Source: Kiritimatiellia bacterium (GTDB lineage: Bacteria > Verrucomicrobiota > Kiritimatiellia > RFP12 > UBA1067). From it: a stretch of 51,289 bases of DNA. Position numbers and translations under genes: made by a program. A model generated the notes under the pieces. It saw only the letters and a list, made by a program, of their open reading frames with translations, was not told the DNA's origin and did no database searches. The first letter of the stretch is position 1; every line of letters begins with the position of its first letter. Below are positions 34,440 through 44,100 of the stretch, in pieces. The stretch lies in contig JAGCMU010000026.1 in assembly GCA_017646325.1 (NCBI GenBank), positions 1 to 51,289 on the forward strand, read 5' to 3'.

Positions 34440-36770
34440 TTAGAAGTTTACAAGATCAAAAGCGCCGGCAGAGCCAAATGCTCTCAAGTAGATATAAAAT
34501 GCGACGCTGAAATCATTGCTCTGCTTCGATCCGTCAATACGGACATAATCACTTTCATAAACAATTGACGTTCTAAAGCCGATACAGTCGGTTAATATAT
34601 CAAACCACACACCACATTCTTCGACATCGCTCAAGCGGCAATCGTAACGAAGGTATGGAGCCCAAATAAGGTTTTCAAGGATTTTATGTTCAAACCCTAC
34701 GTGTACGATACTCGTCTTTTCCCAATTCCAACGATCGTGCACGGTATAGGGCAAGTAATCCCAAATACGGTGATCGCGGCCGATGTAACCAATCGTGTAT
34801 GAGAATGATTCGAAAATATTGTGCTTCATTACAAAATCGGCGTATGCGACATTGTCGTTTTGCACATCGTATTCTACGCGGGACGCGAGCATCACATTAC
34901 GCCACGGACTTACGCGTGCGCGAATACCAGGATACACATCACCCGTTTCACCATAACGAAGGTCGTCATTATCCTTGGGATAACCATATATCGAGTAACC
35001 GTTAATATTTGCATTGCGCCCGTAATGCTTATACGATTCAAATGGAATTGCCGCGTAAACATCAAAATCGGCAACGGTTCTCACGACACCGTTTTCATCC
35101 TTTTCCTGGAAATAGTTACGGAAACCTGGACGGACTCCGTGCCAATTGTATGGAAGGGAGCGGCCCTCAAAACCAAATTGTTCAAGCCAATCCGTAACCC
35201 CGTCATACGAATCGAAAATGTACGCCCTCTTTCCGCGAGCGGAAGATGTTTCAACGTATTGATACGAATAATCAATGTAAGGCTCAAACGTATGCTTCCA
35301 GTTTTCGGTAATCCATGCGGACGCACGGGAAGACGCCGTTATGCCTACCTCTGCAATATTGCGGTAAAGGGCGTCTCCTGACGCGCAAGTAAGGCCGTCT
35401 GCAAGTTTTGACATATCGCCCGAATCACTCCAATACGTTCCGCGATAAGTTGCGCGTGGTACGAGTGAAAGGACATCTGCAACCTTGAATGGAGCGGCGA
35501 CACGATGACTTGAATCAAAGCGGAATGCCTGATAACTTGCACCTCTTCCATCAGGACCGATGAATGGAGTATATCTAAAGCCCCAATCGGCGTCCTTGGA
35601 AATTTGCGCATAGTCGCGATTCAAAAAGCCTGCACGTGTTTGCGATTCATACGTCAATGGCAAATCGAAAACAGGCATTGGATTTACGGCAATCCACCAT
35701 TCAGGCAAACGGGCTGTACCACCGTAAAACTCGTTTAAAGGCCCTGAAATAGAAACGCCGCTTGACCAATCGTCTTCGCGATGCTCGTATGAAATTTCAT
35801 TGTAAGGAACTGATTCGTATCTTTCATCCCCTCTGAAGAAATCATAAAGGAAATAAGAGTCGGAAAGATACGAACCGTGTACACGAAGCGTATCGCGCGG
35901 AGTTATATCACCGTAATGCTCGAGAAGGAGGCGATAACGTTCTCTATTTACCTCGCTACTCCAGTTATGGTAATTGAAGTTACGGTCAGAGTTGTCGCGC
36001 GTCCAATGTCTTTCATAACGATCGTAATCATCGTCCCAGGCGTGGTAGACTTTAAATTTACCATGCCCCCAATTACGCAAATGCCAACGGATGGTCTGCC
36101 CTACTGCAATACCGTTTTTAGTGCGCAAATCCAAATACGTAGATCCGCCAAAACCGACCTTGTCGTCAAGACCTTCATTCATGATGTTATAAACATAGCC
36201 GGTTTTGAGATAAGCACCCCAACGGCTCGTATATCCCGGCAATACACGATAGCCGTAATTAGTGTCCATCGGGTAATACCAATAAGGTATCCACATCACC
36301 GGGATATCGTATAAATAAACCCAGGCATCTTGAATGAGCATTGCTCTCTTGCCTTCATTGACGGGGCCGCCAGCCACTAAATGAAGGTAGGAGTTAGTCA
36401 TCATCTTGGAGCTGTCTTCGGCGTATGAAAAGGTACCTTTTAATTTCCAGTGCAAATGATCGAAATCGTTCGTACACGTTGTCGTCACGGCATCTTTTCC
36501 GAATCGGACAGTTCCAAACATATCACGTGTCAAAGAATCCGACTTGTAAAGAAAAGGAAGAGATGCTGCAGTAACACCACCGGTAGCCGTCAATTCACCG
36601 GTTCTTTTGTTGCCTGAAAAATAGCCGCCGGTAATTTGCATCTTATCCGACATCGGCGTTGGCTTTTCTTCGATCGGCGAGTTGATATTTGAAGACATAA
36701 CGTCTAAATATTGTGCCATCGAAACACCTGACACTACCGTTGCAATCAATGCAATATTTATTTTTCTCAT
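34440..36770 (-). CDS. lptD: LPS-assembly outer-membrane protein LptD-like
   Basis: 776-aa ORF with a signal peptide. It has an OstA-like N-domain, and the block 'LYDIPVMWIPYWYYPMDTNYGYRVLPGYTSRWG' resembles the LptD core motif. The remainder is aromatic-rich beta-barrel-like sequence ending in F. Confidence 0.65.
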   Translation of the reverse strand: MRKINIALIATVVSGVSMAQYLDVMSSNINSPIEEKPTPMSDKMQITGGYFSGNKRTGELTATGGVTAASLPFLYKSDSLTRDMFGTVRFGKDAVTTTCTNDFDHLHWKLKGTFSYAEDSSKMMTNSYLHLVAGGPVNEGKRAMLIQDAWVYLYDIPVMWIPYWYYPMDTNYGYRVLPGYTSRWGAYLKTGYVYNIMNEGLDDKVGFGGSTYLDLRTKNGIAVGQTIRWHLRNWGHGKFKVYHAWDDDYDRYERHWTRDNSDRNFNYHNWSSEVNRERYRLLLEHYGDITPRDTLRVHGSYLSDSYFLYDFFRGDERYESVPYNEISYEHREDDWSSGVSISGPLNEFYGGTARLPEWWIAVNPMPVFDLPLTYESQTRAGFLNRDYAQISKDADWGFRYTPFIGPDGRGASYQAFRFDSSHRVAAPFKVADVLSLVPRATYRGTYWSDSGDMSKLADGLTCASGDALYRNIAEVGITASSRASAWITENWKHTFEPYIDYSYQYVETSSARGKRAYIFDSYDGVTDWLEQFGFEGRSLPYNWHGVRPGFRNYFQEKDENGVVRTVADFDVYAAIPFESYKHYGRNANINGYSIYGYPKDNDDLRYGETGDVYPGIRARVSPWRNVMLASRVEYDVQNDNVAYADFVMKHNIFESFSYTIGYIGRDHRIWDYLPYTVHDRWNWEKTSIVHVGFEHKILENLIWAPYLRYDCRLSDVEECGVWFDILTDCIGFRTSIVYESDYVRIDGSKQSNDFSVAFYIYLRAFGSAGAFDLVNF

Positions 36771-36772
36771 TT

Positions 36773-38428
36773 TTAAGATACCTTTCCTTGGACGACACTT
36801 CTTCCGCCCGTAGTATAGTATATATGATTTGTTTCAGAATCCAAAATAGAAAATGATTCTGGATGACGATTTAATTCCGAAACGAATGTGAGGCGCGTAC
36901 CGTATTTATTTTGAATTTCTGATAAAATTCGCGAATCTTCCGTGCGCAAACGCTGCATTACAGCGGGAGAAACGATGATTTTAAGAAGGACTTTACGTTT
37001 ATCAAGAGCCGCCTTGCGGAGAATAGCATGGAGTTCTCTCTGCAATTCGATAGATACAGCTAACGGCGACTTTACAATGCCGCGGCCGTTGCAGCAAGGG
37101 CAATTCGATGAAAGCATTGAAAGGATGGATTCCTCTTGACGCTGACGAGACATTTCCAAAAGCCCCAACTCTGAAATTTTCAACACATTCGTACGCGCGT
37201 GATCGCGACGGAGTTTTGCCTTCAACGCATTGTAAACTTGATTCTGGTTTTTACGTGACTTCATATCGATCAAATCGAGAACGACAAGTCCGCCGATGTT
37301 ACGGAGACGGAGTTGGCGCGCAACTTCCTCGACCGCTTCAATATTTACATTCAAAATAGCTTCTTCCTGCGAGCCGTTACCCTTGTGATGACCCGTATTG
37401 ACGTCAACGGAAATAAGGGCTTCCGTCTCGTCAATCACCAAATAGCCGCCAGACTTGAGAGAGACTTTTCTTCTAAAAGCTTCATCCAACTGACGATCGA
37501 GACCAAAGTGCGAAAAGATATTTGCCCATCCGTCATATCTGCGGACTTTATTCTTTGCGCGACGCGAAATCTTTGCCGCGATATCACGCATTTCTTCATA
37601 CGATTTTTCATTGTCGATAAGAACGGTTTCAAAATCTTCCGTGAGCCAATCGCGGATAACGCGTTCGACAAGCCCTGGTTCCTGATACACGCAACAAGGA
37701 GTGCGGAGGTTCTTGACGTTGCCTTGAAGTTCCTTCCAGCTTTCAAGCAAATTACGGAGATCGCGCACGAACGCGCGTGGAGTTGCACCCATGCCCGCCG
37801 TACGGACGATTACTCCGACATCTTCAGGAAGAAGGAGCTTGTCGAGAATATTTTTCAAACGCTTGCGTTCATGGGAATCGCCGATTTTACGGGAGACCCC
37901 TCTTGTTTGCGTTCCCGGCATCATCACTAAATAACGCCCAGGAATGGAAAGGTTTGCGGTAACACGCGGGCCCTTCGTAGAAATAGGACCTTTCGTCACT
38001 TGGACGATAATCTCCGTACCTGGAGCAAATCTCTTATGGATTTCTTCATTCGTAAGCTTGAGCACATGGCGTTTCTTCTTTGGATTTTTTGAAGAATCAT
38101 CTTCGTCTTCATCGAGAAACGCATCGCAATCGGGAGTCATGTCCCAATAATGGAGAAACGCGTTTTTCTTAAGCCCGATATCGACGAATGCCGCCTGCAA
38201 ATCATCTTCCAGATTTTGGATGCGTCCTTTGAAGATACTTCCGACAAGGCGTTCTTCTTCTGGATGTTCCACCATATATTCCTCTAAGCGACCGTCTTCC
38301 ACAACAGCCACACGGGTTTCAAGGCGTTCCACATTTACGATGATTTCACGCTTTACTTTGTCTCTCTTGAACAATCCCATCACGACACTGATCGTGTGTT
38401 CTACTTTTTCTGCTAACTTCTTAAACAT
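36773..38428 (-). CDS. rng: Ribonuclease G/E family endoribonuclease
   Basis: 551-aa ORF with the S1 domain 'GSIFKGRIQNLEDDLQAAFVDIG', the DNase-I-like block 'ALISVDVNTG' and the Zn-link 'CPCCNGRG'. Confidence 0.85.
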   Translation of the reverse strand: MFKKLAEKVEHTISVVMGLFKRDKVKREIIVNVERLETRVAVVEDGRLEEYMVEHPEEERLVGSIFKGRIQNLEDDLQAAFVDIGLKKNAFLHYWDMTPDCDAFLDEDEDDSSKNPKKKRHVLKLTNEEIHKRFAPGTEIIVQVTKGPISTKGPRVTANLSIPGRYLVMMPGTQTRGVSRKIGDSHERKRLKNILDKLLLPEDVGVIVRTAGMGATPRAFVRDLRNLLESWKELQGNVKNLRTPCCVYQEPGLVERVIRDWLTEDFETVLIDNEKSYEEMRDIAAKISRRAKNKVRRYDGWANIFSHFGLDRQLDEAFRRKVSLKSGGYLVIDETEALISVDVNTGHHKGNGSQEEAILNVNIEAVEEVARQLRLRNIGGLVVLDLIDMKSRKNQNQVYNALKAKLRRDHARTNVLKISELGLLEMSRQRQEESILSMLSSNCPCCNGRGIVKSPLAVSIELQRELHAILRKAALDKRKVLLKIIVSPAVMQRLRTEDSRILSEIQNKYGTRLTFVSELNRHPESFSILDSETNHIYYTTGGRSVVQGKVS

Positions 38429-38437
38429 TGTTTTACC

Positions 38438-39664
38438 TCATTCAATTTCAGTTAAAGATTTTGTTTTTATTTTCCTTCCATGCACAGCGACACTTTGCAA
38501 CATTCCCAACGCCACTAAAACGACGATAAGAAATGTGCGTCCCGCGCTTATAAACGGTAACGGCAAGCCCGTAATGGGCATTAAGCCGATATTCATCGCC
38601 ACATTCACATAAACGTGGCAGAAAATCAACGTCACTATTCCAACTGCAAGCAGTCGTCCCTTAGGATCGTCGCATACAAATGCAGCCTTGAGACCTCTCA
38701 AAAGAAGGACTGCAAAAAGGAGCAACATCGCCAACGACCCCATAAAGCCGACTTCTTCAGCAAGAACAGCAAAAATAAAATCGTTCAAAGATACGGCAGG
38801 AGGCAAATAGCCGAGAGCCTTTTGCTCTCCCTTGCCGATTCCCTTTCCTTTCAACGAACCTGAACCAATTGAAATAATTGATTGGCGCAAATTATATCCA
38901 ACTCCGTGAATGTCCGCCTCCGGAGAAATAAATACGCGCAAACGCTTTATCTGATGATTCTTCAACGGAAGTTTTGCGTAAATCGCATCGCGCTTTTCAG
39001 GTGTTGAATTCTCTGCCGTCCACACAGTCCCTATGACAAGCCCCGCAGAAATAACACCTATAAGACACATTCCGATAATCCAATGCGTACACAATCGTGA
39101 CGCCAAAATCATCATTATCACCGCAGGAATCAATACGAGAGTCGTTCCTAAATCAGGCTCGCACAAAATCAAGAATGCAGGTATTCCCAAAAGAGCCATC
39201 CCTGCGGCAAAGGCTTTAAACCCTTCAAATTGAACTAACTTTGCATCATCAAATTTCATTCTGTTTTTCAATGGTGTTACAATCCTGCTGAAAATTTGAG
39301 CTACTACCATTATCACCGCAAGTTTAGCCACCTCGCTCGGCTGGAAAAACCATAGCCAACGCCGTCCACCAAACCTGTCGGTACCGACGATGAGAACTGC
39401 AACTAACATCACGAGAGAAATTATATAAAACGGTTTTGCCGTCCAAAACAAAAGTTTGCGATAATCTATCACTGAAAGGAACAGATAAAGAAATACCCCG
39501 AGAGTCGCCGCCATGGCGTGCCCTTGCCAAAGATTTTGCAACGCCAAGGATGCTCTCGCCGATCCCGCAGATTTCACGAACACAACGCCCATTACAATCA
39601 ATGCAATTACACAGGCAAACATTATGTAATCAAGCTTTTTCAATTTAGAAAGCAGATTTTTCAT
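38438..39664 (-). CDS. rodA: SEDS-family peptidoglycan glycosyltransferase RodA
   Basis: 408-aa polytopic ORF with 'QPSEVAKL', 'GSGSLKGKGIGKGEQ' and 'PLPFISAGRT'. It overlaps mrdA by 4 nt. Confidence 0.85.
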   Translation of the reverse strand: MKNLLSKLKKLDYIMFACVIALIVMGVVFVKSAGSARASLALQNLWQGHAMAATLGVFLYLFLSVIDYRKLLFWTAKPFYIISLVMLVAVLIVGTDRFGGRRWLWFFQPSEVAKLAVIMVVAQIFSRIVTPLKNRMKFDDAKLVQFEGFKAFAAGMALLGIPAFLILCEPDLGTTLVLIPAVIMMILASRLCTHWIIGMCLIGVISAGLVIGTVWTAENSTPEKRDAIYAKLPLKNHQIKRLRVFISPEADIHGVGYNLRQSIISIGSGSLKGKGIGKGEQKALGYLPPAVSLNDFIFAVLAEEVGFMGSLAMLLLFAVLLLRGLKAAFVCDDPKGRLLAVGIVTLIFCHVYVNVAMNIGLMPITGLPLPFISAGRTFLIVVLVALGMLQSVAVHGRKIKTKSLTEIE

Positions 39665-41559
39665 TCTTCTTCACCCGCTTTCTGAAGTTCGCCATTACGC
39701 ATAAGGCGATATTCATCTTCGCCAAATATGGAAGACAATATGTTGTGGACTTTTGGAGCAACAGTTTTGCCGCCAGAATCCCCTCTTTCAACGAGCATCG
39801 CAAGAGCAATCGTCGGATTGTCATACGGAGCAAATGCCACAACCCACGTGTTTTTACGCCGCGTTACTCCGCGTCCGATTTCAGCCGTACCCGTTTTTGC
39901 CGCGCAATTCACTTTAAGCAAGAACCTTTTTTTGCGATCTGCTCCCACAACAGACTGATCTGGATAACGCATCAAAACTCTGCGTCCCGTCCCCTCCTCA
40001 ACAACGGCGCGCATTCCGCTTCGCACAATCTCCAAATGCTCTTGGCTAAACGGCAGTGTAGAAACACACTCAATTTGCGAGGCGTCGGTTTTTTTATGTA
40101 AATACGGCTTGTAGATTTTTCCGCGGTTTGCCAACGCCGAAACCATCACCGCCATTTGCAGAGGCGTTATGAGAAGCATCCCCTGACCGATCGACATCTG
40201 ACACGTATCTCCAGGATACCACGGCTCGTCCCAATGATCCATTTTCCACGTACCGTCCGGGACAACTCCCGCAGCCTCTCCAGGCAAATCAATTCCCGTC
40301 TTTTTCCCGAGTCCGAACGATTTTGCAGCAGCTATCAAATCATTCGTACCCACAACTCTTCCAAGGTTGCAGAAAAACGAGTTGCATGAAGTTTTTATTG
40401 CATCATGCAAACCTACTTCTCCGTGACCATAACGGTCCCAACAGTGCAAACGGAGATTTCCCAATACAAAAATACCTTTGCAATCGTACGTTTTGTCGGC
40501 TGGATAGCCGTGCTTAAGACCGGCAAGAGCAGTTATAGGTTTAAAAATGGAGCCTGGCGCATAAGTACCTGTAATCGCACGGTTTAAAAGAGGTTTTGCC
40601 GGATCGTTTGAATAACGCTCAAATTTTTCCATTGAAAGGAATGGGACAAAATCATTGAGGTCGTAAGACGGAGCTGACACCATCGCCAAGATTTCACCAT
40701 TACGCGGATCCATCACAACAGCCGCACCCGTAAGACCATTAAGCTCGCGCTCTACAACTTTTTGCAAATTCAAATCAATTGTGAGAGACAAGTCGGGCCC
40801 GGCAGACGCTTCGCGATATTCAACGTCCCCGTTCATCAAATCGCGTTTTGCTTTTGACGGCTTAAAGCCTCTTGCGTCAACACGGATGTTGCGAACCCCC
40901 GTCACGCCGCTTAAATACCCATTGTAAAACAATTCTAAACCGCTGCGCCCTTTCAACTCTTTCTCGTAATAGTGAAAAAACTCATTACCTGAATCAGGAC
41001 GGTCGCGCCCCGTATAGCCTATAAGGTGAGAGGCAAGCGAACCGTACGGATAAACGCGCTCTGCTTTCACCGACTCTGAAAACGCGGGGAAATTATATGC
41101 GTTTTCCACAAATCGGGCAAAGATTTCATCGTCAACATTACGAAAGACGACTAAAGGAATTGCGCGCGATTGATGGTAGTGTCTGACGATTTGTTTACGG
41201 GTCAACGTCGATTCTTTTTTAAGGACCTTTTCTAAAGACTCAATTGATTTTTCGATTGCAGAAATTTTATTTGAGTCACTGCCGGAATGGAACTCCTCCA
41301 AATTGCAGACGATATCGTGGCTTGGACGCAAATCAGCGAGCGCTACACCATTACGGTCCAATATACGCCCTCTCAATCCAGGCACCTGCATAGAACGGAA
41401 AGTCTGCTTTACCTGGCTTTCGGTAAATTCGGCGACGTCTCTCACTTGGATTCTGAAAAGCGCGATTGCAAGGACTAAAAAGCCGACAACAAAAACACTT
41501 CCGACAAAAAGAACGAATAGCGGCGGAGCTTGCAAGGGTGTGAATTCTTTTTCTTTCAC
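39661..41559 (-). CDS. mrdA: Penicillin-binding protein 2 (elongasome transpeptidase)
   Basis: 632-aa ORF with an N-terminal anchor. The motifs are SxxK 'GSIFKP', SxN 'SCNSFF' and KTG 'KTGTAE'. It sits between mreD and rodA. Confidence 0.88.
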   Translation of the reverse strand: MKEKEFTPLQAPPLFVLFVGSVFVVGFLVLAIALFRIQVRDVAEFTESQVKQTFRSMQVPGLRGRILDRNGVALADLRPSHDIVCNLEEFHSGSDSNKISAIEKSIESLEKVLKKESTLTRKQIVRHYHQSRAIPLVVFRNVDDEIFARFVENAYNFPAFSESVKAERVYPYGSLASHLIGYTGRDRPDSGNEFFHYYEKELKGRSGLELFYNGYLSGVTGVRNIRVDARGFKPSKAKRDLMNGDVEYREASAGPDLSLTIDLNLQKVVERELNGLTGAAVVMDPRNGEILAMVSAPSYDLNDFVPFLSMEKFERYSNDPAKPLLNRAITGTYAPGSIFKPITALAGLKHGYPADKTYDCKGIFVLGNLRLHCWDRYGHGEVGLHDAIKTSCNSFFCNLGRVVGTNDLIAAAKSFGLGKKTGIDLPGEAAGVVPDGTWKMDHWDEPWYPGDTCQMSIGQGMLLITPLQMAVMVSALANRGKIYKPYLHKKTDASQIECVSTLPFSQEHLEIVRSGMRAVVEEGTGRRVLMRYPDQSVVGADRKKRFLLKVNCAAKTGTAEIGRGVTRRKNTWVVAFAPYDNPTIALAMLVERGDSGGKTVAPKVHNILSSIFGEDEYRLMRNGELQKAGEEE

Positions 41560-42098
41560 GATATCACCCCCTGTGATTTAATGTCTAAACCGACTGCTTT
41601 TTCAATCCACTGCATCAAAGGGAATACTACAAACCCGGTAAGCGCAGCGGGAACAATCGCAAGTAATGCTCGGAAAGGAGAATCGGAAACGTAAGTAGAA
41701 ACGCCCCATACATCGATCCATGTCATAAAAATAGGCGTCGCCACTACAAGCGCGAGCCATCCCGTGACGACACGAGAGACTTCTTCCAATACACGGCTCG
41801 TAATACGCACGGCAATACTTACAATCAAGAAAAATCCGACTGCACACCCCGACGGCAATGAGCCTATCGCGTCAGTCATCGCTCCTGCAATCAATGCGAA
41901 AAAGAGCCACTTGAAATTCACCATTCTAAAATTTACTTGCGAACGCTCATCTGCGACACTTTTTATAATCGTAAATAAAGTAACGGCAAGAATAACCGGA
42001 GGCTTTATTCCAAATATCGGCAAGGCCATATCCTGCAATGCCGCAGAAATGACGATACTCAACACAGAGAAGGCGATATGGACGAATTTATTTCTCAC
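41556..42098 (-). CDS. mreD: Rod shape-determining protein MreD
   Basis: 180-aa polytopic ORF located between mreC and mrdA, overlapping both neighbours. The assignment is mainly by context. Confidence 0.65.
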   Translation of the reverse strand: MRNKFVHIAFSVLSIVISAALQDMALPIFGIKPPVILAVTLFTIIKSVADERSQVNFRMVNFKWLFFALIAGAMTDAIGSLPSGCAVGFFLIVSIAVRITSRVLEEVSRVVTGWLALVVATPIFMTWIDVWGVSTYVSDSPFRALLAIVPAALTGFVVFPLMQWIEKAVGLDIKSQGVIS

Positions 42099-42930
42099 GG
42101 TGGATAAACACGTCCTCTAACGCTGCAAGGTCTGCCGAAGGAATAACCATTCCCTCTCGCTCCAACCCGGTTTCATCTTTTTTAACTTCATCCACCAAAT
42201 ATCCAATGAGATATCCTTTAGGATACACTCCACCTAGCCCGCTCGTCACAATTCGTGCACGTGACGGGATTGAAATATCACGGTTAAGATGCCTTACGAC
42301 AAGCGGATTTACACAGTATTGAACCGTTGCCGACTTGTCACCGAAAAGTTTTGTCATTGAGCCGCCATATACGACGCCTCTCACCTTTCCAAACTGAGGA
42401 TCGTTACTTTCAACCTCGCATGAAATCCTGAGAGAGTCACTCGTTATAAGGCGAACAACGGCCGTATGCGGAGTTACCTCAACAACTCTTCCAACTATTC
42501 CATCTGGAACTACTACAGCAGACCCCACAGAAACTCCATCGAGAGAGCCCTTCCCGACCCGCATCATTCCAGAAGCGCCAATCGCGCCACCATACCCCAA
42601 TACGGGAGAGGCAATCCAGCTCGTAAAATCTTTTGAAGGAGGATAATTCAAAGCCTTGCGCAAACGAACCATCTCGTTCAACAAATTATCTACAACTGTG
42701 CGATTGATTTTGTTTTTTTCAAGTTCAGCTTTAAGACGCCTGTTTTCAGCGTCAACTGCCATAGGATGAAAAACAGCTTTTACAGGGGAAACAACAGAAC
42801 GATAAAACCAATTGCGACCATTTTCAACAGGATATACCGTTTCAATCGCCGCCGATCTACCAAAAATAACCCACAAAGCCACAACCGTAACGGCTGTGAC
42901 TATCGTTATAAATAATCGTCCTTTAAGCAA
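42088..42930 (-). CDS. mreC: Rod shape-determining protein MreC
   Basis: 280-aa ORF with an N-terminal anchor and a coiled-coil ('ENRRLKAELEKNK'). Beta-barrel repeats follow, 'GIVGRVVEV' and 'GGVYPKGYLIG'. Confidence 0.8.
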   Translation of the reverse strand: MLKGRLFITIVTAVTVVALWVIFGRSAAIETVYPVENGRNWFYRSVVSPVKAVFHPMAVDAENRRLKAELEKNKINRTVVDNLLNEMVRLRKALNYPPSKDFTSWIASPVLGYGGAIGASGMMRVGKGSLDGVSVGSAVVVPDGIVGRVVEVTPHTAVVRLITSDSLRISCEVESNDPQFGKVRGVVYGGSMTKLFGDKSATVQYCVNPLVVRHLNRDISIPSRARIVTSGLGGVYPKGYLIGYLVDEVKKDETGLEREGMVIPSADLAALEDVFIHREK

Positions 42931-42971
42931 TTTCCTCTCCTGTTATTATGAGAGGAATGCCTTTAACCAAA

Positions 42972-44018
42972 TCAGATCGCTTTCTTGCTCTTCATTAAAA
43001 ACTCAATCGATCCAACCATCACACCCGTGCCTTCCGCAACGGCAGACAATGGGTCGTCCGCTACAGTTACGGGAAGCCCCGTTTCCTTCGATATAAGTTT
43101 ATCCAATCCTCGCAACTGCGAGCTGCCGCCGGAAAGAACAATGCCACGATCGACAAGGTCTGCGGCAAGTTCAGGTTCACACGCGGCAAGAGTACTGCGA
43201 ATAGCCTCAACAATATTGGACACTGGAGATTTCAAAGCATCCCGAATTTCTTCGGAAGTAATCGTCATGGTTTTTGGCAAACCTCTAACAATGTCGCGCC
43301 CACGCACATCCATCGTCATTTCCTTTTCCATCGGAAATGCGGAGCCGACTTCCATTTTAATTTCTTCAGCGGTACGTTCACCTATCAAAAGATTGTAAAC
43401 GCGTCTCATATATTCCATAATACACGCATCCATGGCATCACCTGCCGAACTGACGCTATGCTTATGAACTATGCCGGCAAGCGAAATAATTGCAACTTCG
43501 CACGTGCCGCCGCCGATATCAACTATCATACTGCCCGCTGGTTCCGATACAGGCAATCCTACACCAATAGCCGCCGCCATTGGTTCATCAACCAAAATCA
43601 CTTCTCCTGCACCTACAGCCTTTGCCGCTTCTTCAACTGCGCGCCGTTCCACTTCTGTGATATCGCCCGGAACTGCAATAACAACACGTGGTTTAAAATA
43701 CTTTTTCGCAAAAAAGTTTTTCGGACGCACTTTATTTATAAAGTAACGCAACATCGCTTCCGTAATATCAAAGTCAGCAATTACGCCTGCTTTCATAGGA
43801 CGAATTGCAACGATATTGCCAGGTGTTCTGCCAAGCATACGCTTAGCCTCGTCACCTACAGCAAGGACACGCTTTGAATTATCACCCGCAATGGCAACAA
43901 CCGAAGGCTCGCGGAGCACAATGCCACGATCCCTTATGAACACAAGCGAATTTGCCGTGCCAAGGTCAATACCGATATCTACGGAAAAAAGAGCTCTAAG
44001 TTTTGAAGAAAATAACAT
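42972..44018 (-). CDS. mreB: Rod shape-determining actin homologue MreB
   Basis: 348-aa ORF with 'DIGIDLGTANS', 'VIAVPGDITEVERRAV' and 'DIGGGTCEVA'. Confidence 0.95.
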   Translation of the reverse strand: MLFSSKLRALFSVDIGIDLGTANSLVFIRDRGIVLREPSVVAIAGDNSKRVLAVGDEAKRMLGRTPGNIVAIRPMKAGVIADFDITEAMLRYFINKVRPKNFFAKKYFKPRVVIAVPGDITEVERRAVEEAAKAVGAGEVILVDEPMAAAIGVGLPVSEPAGSMIVDIGGGTCEVAIISLAGIVHKHSVSSAGDAMDACIMEYMRRVYNLLIGERTAEEIKMEVGSAFPMEKEMTMDVRGRDIVRGLPKTMTITSEEIRDALKSPVSNIVEAIRSTLAACEPELAADLVDRGIVLSGGSSQLRGLDKLISKETGLPVTVADDPLSAVAEGTGVMVGSIEFLMKSKKAI

Positions 44019-44024
44019 ACAATA

Positions 44025-44053
44025 ATTTTATTGAATTTTTTAAAAATAAGCAA
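44025..44053 (-). promoter_or_regulatory. Putative sigma70-type promoter (TTGCTT-17 nt-TAAAAT) ending 6 nt before the mreB ATG
   Basis: Minus strand: TTGCTT (44048-44053), a 17-nt spacer, TAAAAT (44025-44030), then TATTGT-ATG. No SD is visible. Confidence 0.35.
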
Positions 44054-44100
44054 GTGGAAAATTAAAAAAATGGTATCCAGGGCGAACCTTTTGGACGGTG

